NCBI GenBank assembly: GCA_041690595.1 | Contig: JAWLHB010000047.1 | Span: 1 to 64,000 of the forward strand | DNA length: 64,000 bases | DNA from: Lentisphaeria bacterium | Lineage (GTDB): Bacteria; Verrucomicrobiota; Lentisphaeria; JABSQK01; JAWLHB01 | Direction: 5' to 3' | Shown: piece after piece, positions 59,659-64,000 of the stretch | How positions within the stretch are numbered: the first letter of the stretch is position 1 | Layout of the letters: each line of letters starts with the position of its first letter | Position numbers and translations under genes: made by a program | Notes under the pieces: generated by a model | What the model was told of the DNA's origin: nothing | The model's input: only the letters and a program-made list of their open reading frames with translations | Database searches by the model: none

Positions 59659-60364
59659 GCACCCTGACTCCGGCGGAAGCGGCAAAGCGACGGTGCTGGT
59701 CAGCGGCGGGATGGACTCCACCACCCTGCTCCATCATGTGGCCCGGCACCGTGGCTTTGCCGAGATCTTTGCCCTCTCCTTCGAGTATGGGCAAAAGCAT
59801 GCGCGGGAACTGCGGATGGCCGAGTGGCAGTGCGCCCAGGTGCCCGGGGTCGTCGCCTGGAAGTCGATCGACATTGGCTTTTACGGCCGCCTTGTCGAGC
59901 ATGCGACCGCCCTCACGGGGAATGAAGTGGCGGTACCCGATCTGGCGGCAATCCCCACCGAAGAGCTGGATCAGCCGATCACCTATGTACCCAATCGCAA
60001 CATGATCATGCTCTCCATTGCCGCCGGCTATGCCGAAAGCACCGGATGCAGCCACCTCTTCTATGGCGCGCAGGCGCAGGACGAGTACGGCTACTGGGAT
60101 TGCAGCGAGGAGTTCGTGCGCCGGCTCAACCAGCTGCTGGCCCTCAACCGGCGCTGCCCCGTGCATGTTGAAGCACCCTTTGCGGGCATGCGCAAGGCAG
60201 AGGAGCTGCGGCTGGGGCTGGAACTGGGCATCGACTACGCGCATACCTGGACCTGCTATCGCGGCGGCGACCTTGCCTGCGGGAGCTGTCCAAGCTGCGA
60301 AGAGCGGCTCAAGGCTTTTGCGGAAGTCGGGATCGAAGACCCCCTACCCTATCGCCAACGATGA
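59645..60364 (+). CDS. queC: 7-cyano-7-deazaguanine synthase
   Basis: SGGMDS PP-loop, YGQKH, TYVPNRN, YWDC and TWTCY...CGSCPSC Zn site. Confidence 0.92.
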   Translation: MPHSEHPDSGGSGKATVLVSGGMDSTTLLHHVARHRGFAEIFALSFEYGQKHARELRMAEWQCAQVPGVVAWKSIDIGFYGRLVEHATALTGNEVAVPDLAAIPTEELDQPITYVPNRNMIMLSIAAGYAESTGCSHLFYGAQAQDEYGYWDCSEEFVRRLNQLLALNRRCPVHVEAPFAGMRKAEELRLGLELGIDYAHTWTCYRGGDLACGSCPSCEERLKAFAEVGIEDPLPYRQR

Positions 60365-62022
60365 GAGTTGTCTGGCTGGCGGTCAACGCCTCCTACGCCC
60401 ACAGCTCCCTCGCCGCGCCCCTCCTTCATGCCGCGGCACAAGGGCGGGTCCAGAGCGAGTGGCACCTGGTCCAGGTGACCATGGGCGACGATCCGGCACT
60501 GGCAGCCGCACAGGTGGCGAAACTCGCCCCCGATATCTGCGCCGCGACCCTCTACCTCTTCACCCGCGAGGCGGCGCTGGCCATGCTCGCGCGGGTGAAA
60601 GCTCTCTGCCCCGACTGCTGCATCATTGTCGGCGGCCCGGAGCTGGCCGGCGAGTGCGAGCTACTGCTGCGAAGCAACCCCTGGATCGACATCGGCGTGC
60701 GCGGTGAAGGCGAGCGGATCTTTCCAGACTGGCTGGATCGCTGGCAAAGCCCGGAGCGTTGGGCCGACCTGCCCGGCCTCTGCTGGATAGACGACAATGG
60801 CGCCTGGCATGACAATGGCGTCGCGATTCCCGTCGATCCACTGGAGCAGTTGCCTTCGCCGCTGACCAGTCCTTTTCACGACAGCGGCCGGGCCTTCGTC
60901 CAGATGGAGACTTCGCGCGGCTGCATTCATCACTGTTCCTTCTGCGCGAACGGTGGCGGCGGAGCCATGCGCCTGCTCCCCTTGAGCCGAATTCAAACGG
61001 AGTTGGAGGAGCTGGCGCGACGAGGCGTCCGCGAGGTCCGCCTGCTCGATCGCACCTTCAACGCGCATCCCTCGCGTTGCGTCGACCTGCTCCGGCTCTT
61101 CCGCCGCTTTCCCAGCATGCGCTTTCACCTGGAGTTTCACCCCGCGCTCTTGCCACCAGCCGTGCGCGACGAGCTGGCGGCCATGCCCTCGGGCCAGCTT
61201 CATTTCGACGTGGGGCTGCAATCGACCTCACCGGAAGTGCTGACTGCCTGCAGTCGCGGCGGATCCCCGGAGCGTGCCTGGGAAGGGCTGCGCTGGCTCG
61301 TGGCGCAGCGCAATCTCGCCATCCATGTGGACCTCATCGCCGGCCTCCCCGAGCTCACGCTCCCTTACCTTGAGGCGGATGTGCGGCGTCTTGTCGAGCT
61401 GGGCCCGGAAGAGATTCAACTGGAGAGCCTGAAGCTGCTGCCCGGCACACGCTTGCGTACCGAGGCAAAGCAGTATGGGCTGATCTATTCCCCCCTGCCC
61501 CCGTATGAAGTGCTGTCTACGCGCCGCATGTCGATGGCCGATCTGCGGGCCGCGGCCCTTCTCTCCACCATGATCGACCGCTTCTACAATACGCCCGTCA
61601 TCCAGCCCGTGCTGCGCGCGGCGCAGCAGGAAATGGAGGAGCTGTTACCCTCTCTGCGACACTGGCTTACGCAGCAACAAGGGCTGGAATTGCCATGCAG
61701 CCTTGAAAAGCGCATGCTGCTGCTGTACACATACTTGGAAGCTCACCGCCTTCCGGCACGCGAGATGCTATGTAGGCAGTGGATGTGGCATGGCCTCCCT
61801 CCCGGCCGATGTCCGGTCGAGGTGCGTACATGGAAGGGGGCATTACCAACGGGTGGTGAGTGGCTGATCGGTTCGCAAGCCGATGCGGCATCGGGGAGCG
61901 CACGGGTGCGCAGGCTGCGCCTGCATGACGTAGACCTGTTTTACATTTTCGACCTCGGGCGGGAGCCCCAGAAATCGGTTGCTCTCTATCATATGTCGCG
62001 TACCGAGGTGGCACAACCATGA
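60361..62022 (+). CDS. B12-binding-domain radical SAM protein (DUF4080-like)
   Basis: NASYAHSSLA, VGGPE, GEGE, ETSRGCIHHCSFC, DRTFN and HVDLIAGLP motifs; ATGA overlap with queC. Confidence 0.88.
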   Translation: MRVVWLAVNASYAHSSLAAPLLHAAAQGRVQSEWHLVQVTMGDDPALAAAQVAKLAPDICAATLYLFTREAALAMLARVKALCPDCCIIVGGPELAGECELLLRSNPWIDIGVRGEGERIFPDWLDRWQSPERWADLPGLCWIDDNGAWHDNGVAIPVDPLEQLPSPLTSPFHDSGRAFVQMETSRGCIHHCSFCANGGGGAMRLLPLSRIQTELEELARRGVREVRLLDRTFNAHPSRCVDLLRLFRRFPSMRFHLEFHPALLPPAVRDELAAMPSGQLHFDVGLQSTSPEVLTACSRGGSPERAWEGLRWLVAQRNLAIHVDLIAGLPELTLPYLEADVRRLVELGPEEIQLESLKLLPGTRLRTEAKQYGLIYSPLPPYEVLSTRRMSMADLRAAALLSTMIDRFYNTPVIQPVLRAAQQEMEELLPSLRHWLTQQQGLELPCSLEKRMLLLYTYLEAHRLPAREMLCRQWMWHGLPPGRCPVEVRTWKGALPTGGEWLIGSQADAASGSARVRRLRLHDVDLFYIFDLGREPQKSVALYHMSRTEVAQP

Positions 62023-62068
62023 GCCGGCGGCTACATTATGAAAACGTTTTGAATAAGGGTGGTCATGG

Positions 62069-62347
62069 ATGAGCGATAGCGGTCATGTCACGGTAGAAAT
62101 ATGGGATGCCGGGGGAGTCGCGATGACCACCGCCACGTTGCCGACAGATGTCAAGGTCGGCGAGCTGATCTCCGTGCTGGTGGCACGACTCAATATGCCC
62201 AAGACCGGAGCCGATGGTCAGATTATCAGCTATAAACTCAATCACCAGAACAAGACACGACAGCTGCTCTCTGGCGAGACGCTGGCACAGGCCGGCGTTC
62301 CGGATGGCAGCATCCTCCGCCTGCTGAGAGAAATCATGGCCGGATGA
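62069..62347 (+). CDS. Ubiquitin-like beta-grasp protein (EsaB/YukD-like) with C-terminal Gly
   Basis: 92 aa; ETLAQAGVPDGSILRL matches the ubiquitin-fold TLxxxGIxxGxxLxL pattern; ends EIMAG. Confidence 0.8.
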   Translation: MSDSGHVTVEIWDAGGVAMTTATLPTDVKVGELISVLVARLNMPKTGADGQIISYKLNHQNKTRQLLSGETLAQAGVPDGSILRLLREIMAG

Positions 62348-62409
62348 AGCACGAGCTCTGCAATAAGTAGCTGTACGACGAGACGACGTTTACAGAAAAG
62401 GTTTACCAA

Positions 62410-63471
62410 GTGCCCGAAGAATTGATCATCGATTCGAATGATCTCGCATCCCCAGAGATCAAAGAGAGCGTAGCACAGGATCGATCGCTGGAAGATATGG
62501 CGCGGGCTTCCCGCTCCATTATCCGTACCCCACTCCTCCGCAGCCCATACTTCTATTACACCTTTGCCGGCCTTGTCGGCTCCGTCCTCGCATGGTCCGC
62601 CGTCTACCTCCTGCTTCTGCCCCTGCCGCTGGATTTGCCGCCCCAACTGGAGAGGGCACTCAGCTATATCTGCAGCGCCGGGTTAATTGGCATGACCATG
62701 GGCATGTCCCATGGGCTGATCTATCGCAATCTGCGTACAGCGGTGCATTGCGGCGCGGTCGGGCTCCTGGTGGCCGCCCTGCCGGCCTTCTTCATGGGGG
62801 GGATCGGCGAACTCTTTGCCACTCTGGTTGTCGACCTGCCAAATTACCTGCTGCAGCGAGGCAAATGGACAACGGATCGCGGCATCTTTCTCTTTCTGAT
62901 CATGGCGTCCGATGGCTTCACATGGGCGCTGATCGGTTTGCCCATGCTCATGGGAACAGGCATAGCGCTCCGTTCGAAGCCGTTGCTCTATTCAGCCGCT
63001 GCGTCGGGCATGCTTGGCGGCTTCATCGGCGGGGCAGCACGAGCACCGATCTTACGCTTTCTGCCGGAACTGATAGGCGGCAGCGAGGTGATCGCCGGCC
63101 TGATCTGGTTCAGCCTCATCGGCATCCTGGTAGGACTCCTCTATGCGATGATGGAGCATGGAGTCCGGGAAGCTTGGTTCATCCTGGCGAAGGGGCCGTT
63201 GCGCGGCAAGCGATTCGTCTTCTTCAAGACTCCCATTTCCGTCGGGTCAAGCTCCCGGTGCGACCTCTACCTCGCCGGCGATGCCGCCATTGCACCCGTT
63301 CACGCCAACCTCAGCCAGGAAGGAATCTTCTGGTTGCTGCGAGACGAGGGTGCCCCCAACGGCACCTTTGTCAACGGCCATCGCATTCAACAATGCCTCC
63401 TCAACCACAATGATGTGGTGACCATGGGCGAGACGGTACTCAAGTTCAAACTGAACAAGCGGACGGGCTAG
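62410..63471 (+). CDS. Multi-TM membrane protein with C-terminal FHA domain
   Basis: About 6-8 Gly-rich TM segments, then ISVGSSSRCDLYL...HA...NGTFVNG...GET. Confidence 0.85.
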   Translation: MPEELIIDSNDLASPEIKESVAQDRSLEDMARASRSIIRTPLLRSPYFYYTFAGLVGSVLAWSAVYLLLLPLPLDLPPQLERALSYICSAGLIGMTMGMSHGLIYRNLRTAVHCGAVGLLVAALPAFFMGGIGELFATLVVDLPNYLLQRGKWTTDRGIFLFLIMASDGFTWALIGLPMLMGTGIALRSKPLLYSAAASGMLGGFIGGAARAPILRFLPELIGGSEVIAGLIWFSLIGILVGLLYAMMEHGVREAWFILAKGPLRGKRFVFFKTPISVGSSSRCDLYLAGDAAIAPVHANLSQEGIFWLLRDEGAPNGTFVNGHRIQQCLLNHNDVVTMGETVLKFKLNKRTG

Positions 63472-63474
63472 CCC

Positions 63475-64000
63475 ATGAGCGATGGAGTCGATGTCTATGC
63501 GGCAGGGACGCAGTTGGCCGGGGTCATGTGCTGGGTATGCCAGACACGCATCATGGCCGGCGACGAGATCGTCTTCTGTCCCCATGACCAGCTGCCGACC
63601 CACGCCGAATGCTGGGAGAACAACGAGGGCTGCCCGGTCTACGGCTGTGAAGCAGCCCCCGACCACGGCCACTTGGCCGTTCAGGCACTCGGTTCCCAGA
63701 CCGGTGCGGCCAACTACCAATGCCCCTCCTGCCGACGAATGGTCAAGCCCAACTTCCTCCAATGCAACTACTGCGGCGTCGACTTCTCATTGCAGAATGT
63801 CGTAAGCGGCCTCGAAAACGAAGATTACAAATACCGCGGTCAGCACGACCACCGCCAGCAGCGCGGCCTCTGGCTCCTCCTCCTCTGCACGATTACCGGC
63901 ATCCTCGCGCCCATCGCCCTCATACTCTGTGCTACCCTCATGATGAAAGGCTCCATGGGGCGGCTGCGCCTCAGTCACCTCTTTCGCGATTCACGCATGC
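63475..64000 (+). CDS. Prokaryotic RING-finger protein with Zn ribbon and TM segment (truncated by the window edge)
   Basis: Hand translation from ATG 63475, no stop before 64000: CWVC...DEIVFCPHD...HAECW...GCPVYGC, then CPSC...CNYC and a hydrophobic segment. Absent from the ORF track. Confidence 0.8.
   Translation, partial: MSDGVDVYAAGTQLAGVMCWVCQTRIMAGDEIVFCPHDQLPTHAECWENNEGCPVYGCEAAPDHGHLAVQALGSQTGAANYQCPSCRRMVKPNFLQCNYCGVDFSLQNVVSGLENEDYKYRGQHDHRQQRGLWLLLLCTITGILAPIALILCATLMMKGSMGRLRLSHLFRDSRM

Noticed and set aside
63482..63978. ORF-track calls 63482-63805 (+), 63247-63762 (-) and 63787-63978 (-)
   Set aside because: All overlap the better-supported RING-finger frame starting at 63475.

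Overview
High-GC bacterial window. Gene content suggests a PVC-superphylum organism, possibly Lentisphaerae-like; this is inference only. Layout: (1) a YejM/PbgA-like sulfatase, then a tightly coupled six-gene + strand operon (2087-9325) encoding a divergent cbb3/CcoN-like subunit that appears to lack one CuB histidine, a large membrane domain fused to CcoO-like and second cytochrome c domains, an MBL hydrolase, an MMPL/RND transporter and a YceI-like protein. (2) A ~17.8 kb ten-gene minus-strand operon (9332-27091) with three exported TPR proteins (one of 2648 aa), an ExbB/TolQ-like gene, two ExbD/TolR-like genes, two proteins with TonB-like His-containing helices (one carrying DUF4159) and a PEPEPT-repeat/Zn-ribbon protein. 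(3) rpmF and two intergenic arrays of REP-like hairpin repeats. (4) Housekeeping genes (lnt, rsmG, ilvE, trpCBA, gabD, queC), two histidine kinases and a block of carbohydrate-active-like enzymes. (5) At the right edge, a ubiquitin-like protein ending in ...IMAG, a membrane FHA protein and a truncated RING-finger/Zn-ribbon membrane protein absent from the ORF track. No rRNA, tRNA, transposase, integrase or true CRISPR array was seen. All family assignments are by-eye motif recognition, not database results, and several start codons were re-chosen using RBS and overlap evidence.
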